Shown piece after piece: positions 13,078 to 22,390 of a DNA stretch of 64,000 bases (position 1 is the first letter of the stretch; every line of letters starts with the position of its first letter). The notes under the pieces were generated by a model that saw only the letters and a program-made list of their open reading frames with translations, did no database searches and was not told the DNA's origin. The DNA is from Bacteroidia bacterium (GTDB lineage Bacteria > Bacteroidota > Bacteroidia > Bacteroidales > VadinHA17), in the NCBI GenBank assembly GCA_026391215.1, contig JAPLDX010000060.1, forward strand, positions 1-64,000, read 5' to 3'. The position numbers were made by a program, and so were the translations under genes.

Positions 13078-14511
13078 ATGACTGAACCAGCCACCACCGC
13101 CACGGATGCCGGCAGGAAAAAACCGAAGAACGGCAAGGTACCGCGGTGGATATTGATATATCTGCTTTCCTCCCTGCTCCTGGCAGCAATCCTGACGATA
13201 GTCAATCACTACGGGATCATCAATGTTGGAAAGACCGTAATGATGATCTCCAGGTGGGTAGCCATAATTGCGATCGTCGGTTACGCATTTTATAAAAGAT
13301 CCCTTACCACATGGATACTGATCAGCATGATAGTCGGAGCCGAATTCGGCTACGATCTGCCATCAGTAGCTGTTAAGATGCAGATAGTGAGTAAGATATT
13401 CCTGCGCCTTATAAAGACTATCATTGCGCCTCTTCTTTTTGCAACACTGGTAGTGGGCATTGCCGGACACTCAAACCTGAAGCAGGTAGGACGCATGGGC
13501 TGGAAATCACTCCTTTATTTTGAGATCGTTTCCACGGTTGCCCTTTTCATCGGGTTATTTGCAATCAATATCAGCAAGGCCGGCATAGGGGTGAATGTGC
13601 CTGATGTCGTAAACCAGGCTGAGATACAGCAGGTGGCGCCTGTTACCGGCGGTGATATGATCCTCCATATCTTCCCGGAGAACATTGCAAAATCAATTTA
13701 CGAGGGACAGGTGTTGCAGATCGTCATATTCAGCATCATCTTCGGTATTGCCGTTGCCATGGTAAAGGAAAAGTACAGGAGCCCGATGATCAGGTTTACT
13801 GAATCGCTGGCAGAAGTGATGTTTAAATTCACATCGCTTGTAATGTACTTTGCCCCATTTGCAGTGTTTGCAGCAATAGCTTACAGCATCGGCCACATGG
13901 GACTCGACATACTGGTCAATCTCTTCAAGCTTCTGGCGACACTTTATGTCTCGCTGATAATATTCCTGCTGGTCGTGCTGCTGCCGGTGGCTTTGATTTT
14001 CAGGATACCTGTCAGGAGGTTCATCAGCAAGATAGCTGAGCCTGTCACCATAGCATTTGCGACAACCAGCTCTGAGTCGGCGCTTCCGATAGCTATGGAA
14101 AGGATGGAGGAGTTTGGTGTCCCGCGCAAGATTGTCGCTTTCGTGATGCCGACAGGTTACAGCTTCAACCTTGATGGCACAACGCTTTATCTATCGCTTG
14201 CAACGATCTTTGTTGCGCAGATAAGCGGTATTGACCTGCCATTTTCAAAGCAGCTTCTTATTGTATTCACGCTTATGCTCACAAGCAAGGGTGTTGCAGG
14301 AGTGCCCAGGGCATCAATGGTCATACTTCTCGGAACGGCGGCAAGCTTCGGGCTTCCTACATGGCCCATATATATAATATTAGGTATTGACGAGCTTATG
14401 GATATGGCGCGGACCTCAGTTAATGTGCTGGGGAACTGTCTGGCTACTGCCGTTATTGCCCGGTGGGAAGGGGAGTTCCATCCGGAAGGAGAGCCAGTTC
14501 AGGCGGTTTGA
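13078..14511 (+). CDS. Dicarboxylate/amino acid:cation symporter (GltP-like)
   Basis: FATTSSESALP, GYSFNLDG, LTSKGVAGVP and DMARTSVNV motifs of the DAACS family. Confidence 0.93.
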   Translation: MTEPATTATDAGRKKPKNGKVPRWILIYLLSSLLLAAILTIVNHYGIINVGKTVMMISRWVAIIAIVGYAFYKRSLTTWILISMIVGAEFGYDLPSVAVKMQIVSKIFLRLIKTIIAPLLFATLVVGIAGHSNLKQVGRMGWKSLLYFEIVSTVALFIGLFAINISKAGIGVNVPDVVNQAEIQQVAPVTGGDMILHIFPENIAKSIYEGQVLQIVIFSIIFGIAVAMVKEKYRSPMIRFTESLAEVMFKFTSLVMYFAPFAVFAAIAYSIGHMGLDILVNLFKLLATLYVSLIIFLLVVLLPVALIFRIPVRRFISKIAEPVTIAFATTSSESALPIAMERMEEFGVPRKIVAFVMPTGYSFNLDGTTLYLSLATIFVAQISGIDLPFSKQLLIVFTLMLTSKGVAGVPRASMVILLGTAASFGLPTWPIYIILGIDELMDMARTSVNVLGNCLATAVIARWEGEFHPEGEPVQAV

Positions 14512-14520
14512 TGGCAACCT

Positions 14521-14660
14521 TGCCCCCCAACCCCTCCCGACCCACTAACAGGTGGGCTGGGACAAGCTCTAAAGGGGTGCTATAAACCCCAAACTAATCT
14601 ATCTGGGTAATGGATTTAGTCCCCCCTTCAGGGGAGATCCCGCTTTAGCGGGAGGGGGGT
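14521..14660. repeat. REP-like palindromic cluster with nested palindromes
   Basis: CCCCCCAACCCCT...AAAGGGG and GTCCCCCCTTCAGGGG...GGGGGG, with nested TCCCGACCCAC..GTGGGCTGGGA and ATCCCGCTTTAGCGGGA; lies between convergent genes. Confidence 0.6.
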
Positions 14661-14668
14661 TCTGAACT

Positions 14669-15160
14669 TTAAAGTCCTTTAAGCCTGTTTATCAGGTCTT
14701 CCAGATTTACTTCCTTGCTGGTATATTTTTTAATCAGGACACCGTTCTTATCATAGAGAGAAACAAACGGGAAATGCATGATATTATAATAGTTCCGTAC
14801 AGACAGCGAGTTGCCTTCCGTTCCGACATAGACATTTGAATACATATACAGTTTATTTTCAGCCACATACGGCTTGACTTTATCCAGTGGCATATATGTT
14901 ATCATTGCTATTGAAGCATTCTGGAAATCCCCGATCCTCTTCAGCATATCAGTTATAAATGCGTGACACTCTTCACATTCAGGAGAGAAGTATACTATTA
15001 TTATGTTTTTCCCCAGGGGCAAATTCTGAGCTTTGAATTCTTTTCCATTATGAAGGGTCATCTGGAAAGGCGGGACTTTACCGCCTGATTGGGAAAATGC
15101 GCTCGAGATGGTGACGAGCATTAAAGAAAGCGATAGGAAAAAAGAATATCTGGTCTTCAT
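14669..15160 (-). CDS. Redoxin/thioredoxin-fold protein
   Basis: Signal peptide; YFSPECEEC CxxC motif; cis-Pro-type HFP. Confidence 0.85.
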   Translation of the reverse strand: MKTRYSFFLSLSLMLVTISSAFSQSGGKVPPFQMTLHNGKEFKAQNLPLGKNIIIVYFSPECEECHAFITDMLKRIGDFQNASIAMITYMPLDKVKPYVAENKLYMYSNVYVGTEGNSLSVRNYYNIMHFPFVSLYDKNGVLIKKYTSKEVNLEDLINRLKGL

Positions 15161-15234
15161 CCTGAATTTATATTGGATTGGATTATTAGATATTCATCAA
15201 AATTATTCCACAAGTGTACGGAAATGGAGAATTA

Positions 15235-15621
15235 TCAGATTACCTTAATAAAGTTAAAAGGTGAATCTAAGTCCGTAGAAAAAAATCTTCCTTTTTCAAG
15301 CATATCTTCATCTTCATCTTTGTAGTACCAGTTAATTAAGAACTTTCCCAAGTTATTCTTGAGATGAATATGTGTAATCTTATGAATTACATCAAGCAAG
15401 TACTTAGTGCCAGCACTATTAATATATTCAAGGCAAATTTCAACACAGGTAATTTCAGCAGGATCTTTAAAATATCCATTTATCCATTCCTCAATTGGAT
15501 TAAAAAAGTCCTCGGCATTTTCAGGAATTAGCCGACCTGTTAATTTAATAGTCCCTTTCGGGTCAAGAATGACCTCTGGAGTACTTTTTGTGGGGGATAT
15601 TATTTGATAATTTTCAGACAA
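15235..15621 (-). CDS. SiaC/DUF1987 family protein
   Basis: TKSTPEV, GRLIPEN, LEYINSAGTK and NWYYKDEDEDMLEKG motifs; TTG start at 15621 likely (ORF extends to 15687). Confidence 0.85.
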   Translation of the reverse strand: MSENYQIISPTKSTPEVILDPKGTIKLTGRLIPENAEDFFNPIEEWINGYFKDPAEITCVEICLEYINSAGTKYLLDVIHKITHIHLKNNLGKFLINWYYKDEDEDMLEKGRFFSTDLDSPFNFIKVI

Positions 15622-15964
15622 GATCTTATCTTTTATAGAAAATTGTTTGCTGATAAACTTATAACTGAACTCTGAACATATTCCCAAAGTTATAATTTTT
15701 TACAATATGAAGTTGTTTTTCAGCAGGATAATGCTACGAATGACTTCTGGCGTCAATTAATCATTCATTTATTAATAATAAAAGAAGAGGCTGTATTCAT
15801 TGATGTCTCACTGCATTTCCTCGTGCTAAAAGAAACTCTATGTAACTGGAGTAAATAAGGTATACAACATAAAACGCAACCCTCACTGTTGATAAAGGCT
15901 CGCCTGCGGCATCCAATTTTAATCGGCATAGGTGATATAATGACTGTTTGCGCTTAGTTTTACC

Positions 15965-16023
15965 TGGGTTCAGCTGGGATCGTCCCGATAGCCATCGAAC
16001 CAGCGATCCCCTGATTATGAGTT
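15965..16023 (-). pseudogene. Degenerate 3' half of a tRNA with CAU anticodon (Met/Ile2), att-like remnant with a 15-bp insertion
   Basis: Minus strand ACTCATAATCAGGGGATCGCTGGTTCGA[tggctatcgggacga]TCCCAGCTGAACCCA: anticodon loop, T-arm and acceptor end; no 5' half. Confidence 0.65.
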
Positions 16024-16199
16024 GATTTTAAATGTACTTTCAGCATCAAGGCTGTCTAAGTAATATTTTGTTATTTATATTAGCTCAGAACCAGTTATTT
16101 AACTTATAATGAAAAAGATAGCGCTTTATCTCTGGAATAGTAGTGGACAAACTCAAACTGTGGAAAAAAGACTATTTTTGGAAAATGTTACCATATTTT

Positions 16200-18230
16200 A
16201 TGAGACAGGTTTATTTCATTACTATACTGCTGGCAATCCTGGTTGACATAGCTGGTGCCCAGAGCTTCACTGACAGCAACCTGCCCATAGTTATTATAAA
16301 TACTAACAATGTACCTATAGTCGACAATCCAAGAGTTGTAGGAACAATGAAAATAATTTACAAAGGTAAGGGCGAAAGGAATTACATGACCGATCAGAAC
16401 ACCGCAGCGTATCTGAATTACAATGGGAAAATAGACATCGAGATCAGGGGATCATCCTCGCAATATAATATAAAGAAGATGCATTATGGCTTTTCGACAA
16501 AAATGGCTGATGGTTCAACAAACAATAATGTAAAACTTCTGGGCATGCCTGCCGAGCATGACTGGATACTCAACGGCATGGTCTACGACTCAGCCCTGGT
16601 TCGCGACTATCTCTGCTTCAACCTTTCAAGACAGATTGGGGAATATGCTTCCAGGACAGCCTATTGTGAGGTAATTATCAATGGAGATTACCGGGGTCTT
16701 TATATGCTTGAGGAAAAGATCAAGGCAGATGATAACAGGGTTGATATTTATAAGATCACCGTAAATGATAACTACATGCCTGAGGTTACCGGCGGATATA
16801 TCACCAAGGCTGATAAAATAATAGTAGGTGATCCTGTGGCCTGGAAGATGTATGCCTGGAACGGAACGACTGTAGATTTCATTCATGTGTTTCCCAAGCC
16901 TGAGATCATTACCGAACAGCAGTATACCTATATCCGCCATCAGTATAATTTGCTCGAATCAGCGGTCACTTCCGGAGACTATTCAGCGACCACCGGTGTT
17001 CCTTCGGTGATTGATATGCCCTCGTTCATTGACTACATGATAATCAGCGAGCTTTCATCGAATGTAGACTCATACCAGTATAGCACTTATTTTCATAAAG
17101 ACAGGAACGGAAAGATAAGATCAGGGCCAATATGGGATTCAGACCTTACTTTTGGCAATGATGTGTATTTCTGGGGGTTTGACAGGAGCAAACCAGATGT
17201 CTGGCAATTCTCGAATGGAGATAATGAAGGACCAAAATTCTGGCGGGACATGTTTTTCAACAACAAGTTCAGGTGCTATTTTTCAAAAAGATGGAACGAA
17301 CTGATCCAACCCGGACAGCCGCTGAATACTACCAGCTTGAAAAACTTCATTGATTCGACAGTAGTATCAATCAGTGAGGCTGTTGTAAGGGAGAATACTA
17401 AATGGAGCAATGTGAAGGATCACCAGAAGCGGATAGCGGAAATAAAATCCTGGCTTGATCAAAGGATACCATGGATAACTTCTAATCTTGGATCATGGTC
17501 AGAGTGCAGTAATGTGGCTGTTCCTGAACTTGTGATAAGCAGGATAATGTACCATCCGGACACTACAGTCTCATACCCGGAAAATGATGACAGGGAGTTT
17601 ATTGAGATAACAAATGCCGGAGATGATATCGCTGACCTGACCGGAATATATTTCAGCAATACGGGTTTCACCTTCCAGTTTCCGGCCGGTTCATCACTTG
17701 CCCCGAATTCATCATTGATACTGGCAAGCAACTATGCGGTTTTCTTTAACCAGTATAAAATGTCGCCTTATAGCCAGTTTACAAGGCACTTATCAAATAA
17801 AAGACAGAAACTGGTACTGGCTGATGCTTTTGGAAACGTAATTGACAGTGTCACTTATCATGATTCTGCTCCCTGGCCTGATGCAGACGGCAATGGGTAC
17901 CACCTGAAACTTATTGACCCCCTTTCGGATAACAGTATTGCTGAAAACTGGACAGCTTCTGATGAGATATTAATCTCCGGGGATGATACTCCTTTAGAAA
18001 ATAATCTCCTTTTATATCCGAATCCTGTAAATGATTTTCTCGGTATCATTGCAAATTATGAAATCAAATCCATCAGCCTGTTTGATATAACAGGCAGGGA
18101 ACTTATTTATGAGGAAACAGTTAGCTCATACGAATTACATATTGACATGAGGAGATATGATCCCGGAATCTACTTTGTCAGGGTTAAAACTGCCCTGATG
18201 GTATTTACTTATAAGGTCATAAAGGTTTGA
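16200..18230 (+). CDS. CotH kinase family protein with lamin-tail-like domain and T9SS type A CTD
   Basis: IEIRGSSS, YRGLY, GPIWDSDLTFG; MYHP..EFIEI lamin-tail domain; LYPNP...GIYFVRV CTD; TATTTTTG promoter at 16173 supports the 16200 start. Confidence 0.9.
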   Translation: MRQVYFITILLAILVDIAGAQSFTDSNLPIVIINTNNVPIVDNPRVVGTMKIIYKGKGERNYMTDQNTAAYLNYNGKIDIEIRGSSSQYNIKKMHYGFSTKMADGSTNNNVKLLGMPAEHDWILNGMVYDSALVRDYLCFNLSRQIGEYASRTAYCEVIINGDYRGLYMLEEKIKADDNRVDIYKITVNDNYMPEVTGGYITKADKIIVGDPVAWKMYAWNGTTVDFIHVFPKPEIITEQQYTYIRHQYNLLESAVTSGDYSATTGVPSVIDMPSFIDYMIISELSSNVDSYQYSTYFHKDRNGKIRSGPIWDSDLTFGNDVYFWGFDRSKPDVWQFSNGDNEGPKFWRDMFFNNKFRCYFSKRWNELIQPGQPLNTTSLKNFIDSTVVSISEAVVRENTKWSNVKDHQKRIAEIKSWLDQRIPWITSNLGSWSECSNVAVPELVISRIMYHPDTTVSYPENDDREFIEITNAGDDIADLTGIYFSNTGFTFQFPAGSSLAPNSSLILASNYAVFFNQYKMSPYSQFTRHLSNKRQKLVLADAFGNVIDSVTYHDSAPWPDADGNGYHLKLIDPLSDNSIAENWTASDEILISGDDTPLENNLLLYPNPVNDFLGIIANYEIKSISLFDITGRELIYEETVSSYELHIDMRRYDPGIYFVRVKTALMVFTYKVIKV

Positions 18231-18370
18231 CCGGTAATTACTAAAAGGAATAAATTTATCCGATGCGTCCAGTTTTGTAAATATATTTTAGTGACTTGAT
18301 TGTATCATATTATGACATATCCAGGATATAAAAGTTTTGACTTTTGATTATCTGTGTGGGGCGTACTGGT

Positions 18371-19645
18371 TCAATATTGTGAGAGACGGCTTGCCATCGT
18401 TCCGTCGCCAAGCTGACCTGAGGAATCATCCCCCCATATCCATACTTTTCTGTCTTCACCGATAGCAACATTATGAGTGCCTCCGGCGTAGATTGTATGT
18501 ATTCCGGCAAGCTCCGGAACCTGAACAGGTCTGTACTGGTCATCACCTGAGCCGAATCCAAGCTGGTAGTCGTTATTATATCCCCATGCCCATACGGTAC
18601 CGTCCAGCTTAAGGGCGATCACGTGCTGTCCTCCTACTGCAACAGCCTTTACACTATCAAGACCAGGTACCACACCGGGTAAAAGTCTTCCCGTAACTGA
18701 ACCGTCCCCAAGTTGTCCATTGTCATTATCGCCCCAGAGAAAAAGCGTACCATCATTCCGGACTGCTGCTGAGTTTCCTCCGTAGAAACCGCCTGCCGCA
18801 ATCATGGTATTGTCAGTCAGAGGATCGCTGCCATCCGGACCAAGTACCTGTACCGGTGTAAAGCGCTCCTGATTTGTTCCGTCTCCCAGCTGTCCGAGAT
18901 CATTTCTTCCCCACGCCCATACTGTACCATCACTCTTAAGGGCCAGGTTGTGACCACGTGAGGCCGCGACTGTCCGGACCCCGGTAAGTCCCGGAACCTG
19001 AACCGGAGTAAGCTGGTCATTCTCCGGATCGTTCTTTGAGTATTCATTGTTCTTCGTTCCGTCTCCTATCTGCCCGAAGGAGTTGTTTCCCCATATCCAG
19101 ACAGTACCATCGCTTTTCAGTGCCAGTGTGTGGTCCGATCCTGCGGCAATTGCAATTACTCCGGTCAGTCCCGTTGCCTGCACGGGGACATTGCTGTTCG
19201 TTTTGGTTCCGTTTCCCAGTCCGCCATACTCATTGCTCCCCCATGACCAGACGGTGCCATCCGACAGTAAAGCAATATTATAATCGCATGCCGCTGATAT
19301 TGCCTTGACTCCGGTAAGCCCTGATACCTGTACCGGGGAGGGACTGCCTGTATCCGTACCGTTTCCTATCGCACCTGAATTACTGCTTCCCCAGGCCCAT
19401 ACGGTTCCGTCTTCCTTCAGAAGTATGGTTGTTGAAGAGCCGCATGCTATTTCAGGATACGATTCCCTCTCTTTCTTATCGACTGGAGGCTGTTCTGCTT
19501 TTTCATTTGATATATTATCTGCTATTATCTCTGTTGTATCTGACCCTGTTTTATCAGCTCTGCCTTTACAGTTCGTATATAAAAACATAGTTGAAATCAT
19601 AACTACTGTAATGACAAATGGTGTTATTATCTGATTTTTCTTCAT
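18371..19645 (-). CDS. RCC1/BLIP-II repeat lipoprotein
   Basis: Repeated DGTVWAWGxNxxGQLG..PVQV blades; lipobox-like YTN-C. Confidence 0.92.
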   Translation of the reverse strand: MKKNQIITPFVITVVMISTMFLYTNCKGRADKTGSDTTEIIADNISNEKAEQPPVDKKERESYPEIACGSSTTILLKEDGTVWAWGSSNSGAIGNGTDTGSPSPVQVSGLTGVKAISAACDYNIALLSDGTVWSWGSNEYGGLGNGTKTNSNVPVQATGLTGVIAIAAGSDHTLALKSDGTVWIWGNNSFGQIGDGTKNNEYSKNDPENDQLTPVQVPGLTGVRTVAASRGHNLALKSDGTVWAWGRNDLGQLGDGTNQERFTPVQVLGPDGSDPLTDNTMIAAGGFYGGNSAAVRNDGTLFLWGDNDNGQLGDGSVTGRLLPGVVPGLDSVKAVAVGGQHVIALKLDGTVWAWGYNNDYQLGFGSGDDQYRPVQVPELAGIHTIYAGGTHNVAIGEDRKVWIWGDDSSGQLGDGTMASRLSQY

Positions 19646-19769
19646 GATATACCCCCTTTTCTTTTATGTAGAAGTAATTTATAATTTGCAGGATTAAGTT
19701 TCTTGCGCCCCGATGTCCGATACCAAATTTACGAATTATTTACTTTCTTGTCTGCAAAATCGACGTTGT

Positions 19770-20846
19770 TTAAAGTTTCAGGTTTAAGTTGATCTCCATC
19801 CTTTCCGGATCTTTCTCAAACAAAGGCCACGAAAAGAACACTACTCCCCGTGAGGGTGCCTTCAGGGCTTCATCAATGCACTCTTTGAAATCCTCAACAG
19901 TATAAGGATCATCTACGTAATAGGGATATACCTGTATGCTTGGCAGGATCTTTCCCGGAGCTTTTTTATCCATGCCGGTCACAACCGATCCGATCCAGGA
20001 GGCATCGCGCCTGAGCATTTGCGAATAGCACATGGGTGATATTAAATCGGTAAAGGGCGCTATCTTTTGCAGATCCTGGGCGGCCACTCTGATGTTGGCG
20101 CCTCCAAAATCTCCGTCCCTCCATGGCACAGCATGTACGTTGATTTTTAAATCCGGTTTAATGCTGTGTACTTTTTCTGAAAGCTCATTAACCATTGAAG
20201 CGATAAGGTCACAACGGTAAGCATTCCAGTCTTCAGAATAAGAATTCAATATATAATCTGCTTTTTGTGAAGTTGTTAAACAGGTGTCTGGCAGGGTAAT
20301 ACTTTTCAGCTTACAGAAGCTTCCTATACAACTGTCACAAAAGCATGCTGCTTCAATGCTCTCTGCTGTCCTGTCCGGATAGATCATTTCCCAGTATACA
20401 AACTGCCGGATGAAATCAATGCTCAGGCCATCCGGTTCCAGCTTGTTTACCAGGTCAGCTGCTTCGTTAATTTTCAGTGTACGATAAGCTGTGTGTGAAG
20501 GACAGACAAACTCCACCCAGTCGTCTTTAGCTATCCTGCCTTTATTTGTGATCGCATACAGCGTGCTGTCCTGCTTCAGGAGTACAGGATCATAGAACAC
20601 CGGGAAGATGATATAAACCTTTATGTTGTTTTCTTTCAATGTCTGCCTGAAGTCTTTATTGGCAGCCAGCTCTTTACTGATAAAGGCTGTATTAATGCCC
20701 ATCTCTTTCCACTTGTCTGTCAGTAAGTTAAAGTCACCGCTGTAATCATAGATCTTCATCCCTATAATTTTTTCAGGTTCACGGTTGCAGCTAAAGCAGG
20801 TGATTATAATCTGGAAGATCAGGAAAAAAACAGCCGGCTTTTTCAT
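19770..20846 (-). CDS. Putative glycoside hydrolase-like TIM-barrel lipoprotein
   Basis: FS-C lipobox; VCPS, DGLSIDFIR, CFCDSC and ISPMCY motifs as in GHL10-like proteins. Confidence 0.6.
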   Translation of the reverse strand: MKKPAVFFLIFQIIITCFSCNREPEKIIGMKIYDYSGDFNLLTDKWKEMGINTAFISKELAANKDFRQTLKENNIKVYIIFPVFYDPVLLKQDSTLYAITNKGRIAKDDWVEFVCPSHTAYRTLKINEAADLVNKLEPDGLSIDFIRQFVYWEMIYPDRTAESIEAACFCDSCIGSFCKLKSITLPDTCLTTSQKADYILNSYSEDWNAYRCDLIASMVNELSEKVHSIKPDLKINVHAVPWRDGDFGGANIRVAAQDLQKIAPFTDLISPMCYSQMLRRDASWIGSVVTGMDKKAPGKILPSIQVYPYYVDDPYTVEDFKECIDEALKAPSRGVVFFSWPLFEKDPERMEINLNLKL

Positions 20847-20946
20847 AACAGGATATTTAAGTAATAAAAATACTGAAAAAACTTGTGTTTTAAAATTGAT
20901 GACTGCCGGATATAAAAAAATGTATCACTTGTGGTAAAATCTCTTA

Positions 20947-20990
20947 TATATTTGCATTTACTAAAAATATTGAGTAAATTTACTCAATAT
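20947..20990 (+). promoter_or_regulatory. Bacteroidota -7 promoter plus perfect 24-bp palindromic operator
   Basis: TATATTTG (20947-20954) followed by ATATTGAGTAAATTTACTCAATAT (20967-20990) directly before the ATG. Confidence 0.65.
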
Positions 20991-20991
20991 A

Positions 20992-22194
20992 ATGAGTAAA
21001 ATTATGAAGGTTTATAAAAGACCTGTATATGAGGATATTAAGAAAAGACTCCTTTCCGGAAGGAAGTTTATCCAGGTCATCTCCGGTCCGCGGCAGACAG
21101 GAAAAACAACCCTGATCGACCAGCTTCTGAAGGATTTGAAAATCCCGTCAACATACATATCAGCCGATCTATATGACGGAGACGGCCATTCATGGTTAGA
21201 AAAACACTGGGAAGCGGCAAGACTTAAATGCCGGCAGAAAAAAGGGAAACAGCATATTCTTGCTATTGATGAGATCCAGAAAATCCCGGACTGGAGCTTT
21301 GTAGTGAAGAAACTATGGGATGAGGATACCTTTACGAGAACGAAAATAAAACTCATAATTTCCGGTTCATCAGGACTTCTTTTACAGCAAGGTCTGACTG
21401 AATCGCTGGCAGGGAGATTCGAATTGAATTATCTGAACCACTGGTCCTTCAAGGAAATGCATAAGGCATTCGGATGGACACCTGATGAGTACGTCTGGTT
21501 TGGCGGATACCCCGGCTCTTCAGAACTAATTGATGATGAGTACAGATGGAAAAGATATATCGTCGATTCCCTGGTTGAAACAAGCATATCCAAAGATATC
21601 CTGATGCTCACAAGGGTGGACAAACCTGCCCTGATGAGGCGGCTCTTTGATCTCGGATGTGCTTATTCAGGTCAGATTCTGTCATATACAAAGATGCTGG
21701 GACAGCTGCAGGATGCCGGGAATACAGTTACTCTGGCACATTATCTTGATCTGCTTGATTCCGCAGGACTATTGTCAGGCATTGAGAAATACTCAGGAAG
21801 TATGATAAGGCAGCGTTCTTCGAGTCCCAAATTTATTGTAAGGAATACAGCCTTGATAAGCTCCCGGTCGGATGAAACTTTCAGCAAGGTCATCAGAGAT
21901 GGTGAAAGATGGGGCAGATTGGTGGAGTCCTCCATCGGCGCCCACCTTCTTAATAATGAAGTTGAGGGAAGATACAGGCTCTATTACTGGCGGCAGGGAA
22001 ATGATGAGATCGATTTCGTTCTAAAAAGAAATCATAAAGTCATTGGTCTCGAGATTAAAAGCGGGAGCGTATTTAAAAGAAGCGGCATGGATGCCTTTGC
22101 CAGGACTTTTAAACCTGACAAGGTCATACTGGTTGGAGATAAAGGAATGCCCTGGCAGGAATTTCTAAATATCAATCCGGGGGAACTGTTTTAG
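20992..22194 (+). CDS. AAA_14 ATPase with DUF4143 / PD-(D/E)XK-like C-terminus
   Basis: GPRQTGKTT Walker A; IDEIQ Walker B; ESLAGR; GGYP; EIDFV...EIKSG. Confidence 0.92.
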   Translation: MSKIMKVYKRPVYEDIKKRLLSGRKFIQVISGPRQTGKTTLIDQLLKDLKIPSTYISADLYDGDGHSWLEKHWEAARLKCRQKKGKQHILAIDEIQKIPDWSFVVKKLWDEDTFTRTKIKLIISGSSGLLLQQGLTESLAGRFELNYLNHWSFKEMHKAFGWTPDEYVWFGGYPGSSELIDDEYRWKRYIVDSLVETSISKDILMLTRVDKPALMRRLFDLGCAYSGQILSYTKMLGQLQDAGNTVTLAHYLDLLDSAGLLSGIEKYSGSMIRQRSSSPKFIVRNTALISSRSDETFSKVIRDGERWGRLVESSIGAHLLNNEVEGRYRLYYWRQGNDEIDFVLKRNHKVIGLEIKSGSVFKRSGMDAFARTFKPDKVILVGDKGMPWQEFLNINPGELF

Positions 22195-22390
22195 GAAGCT
22201 GGTTCTGTGTCGACTTCATGACAAGAAACAGATATGGAAAGTGCCTGGTGCCGCATCTTCATAAGAAGCTTATGAAACAAGGATTGTCATTAAACCCAAC
22301 CAGCTATGGAGTTTCTTTGACTTATGATTTTTAGATTTGATTTCCATTCAAACTTGGTGTAAATTTATTGAAACAAAAAACCTGACTCTT

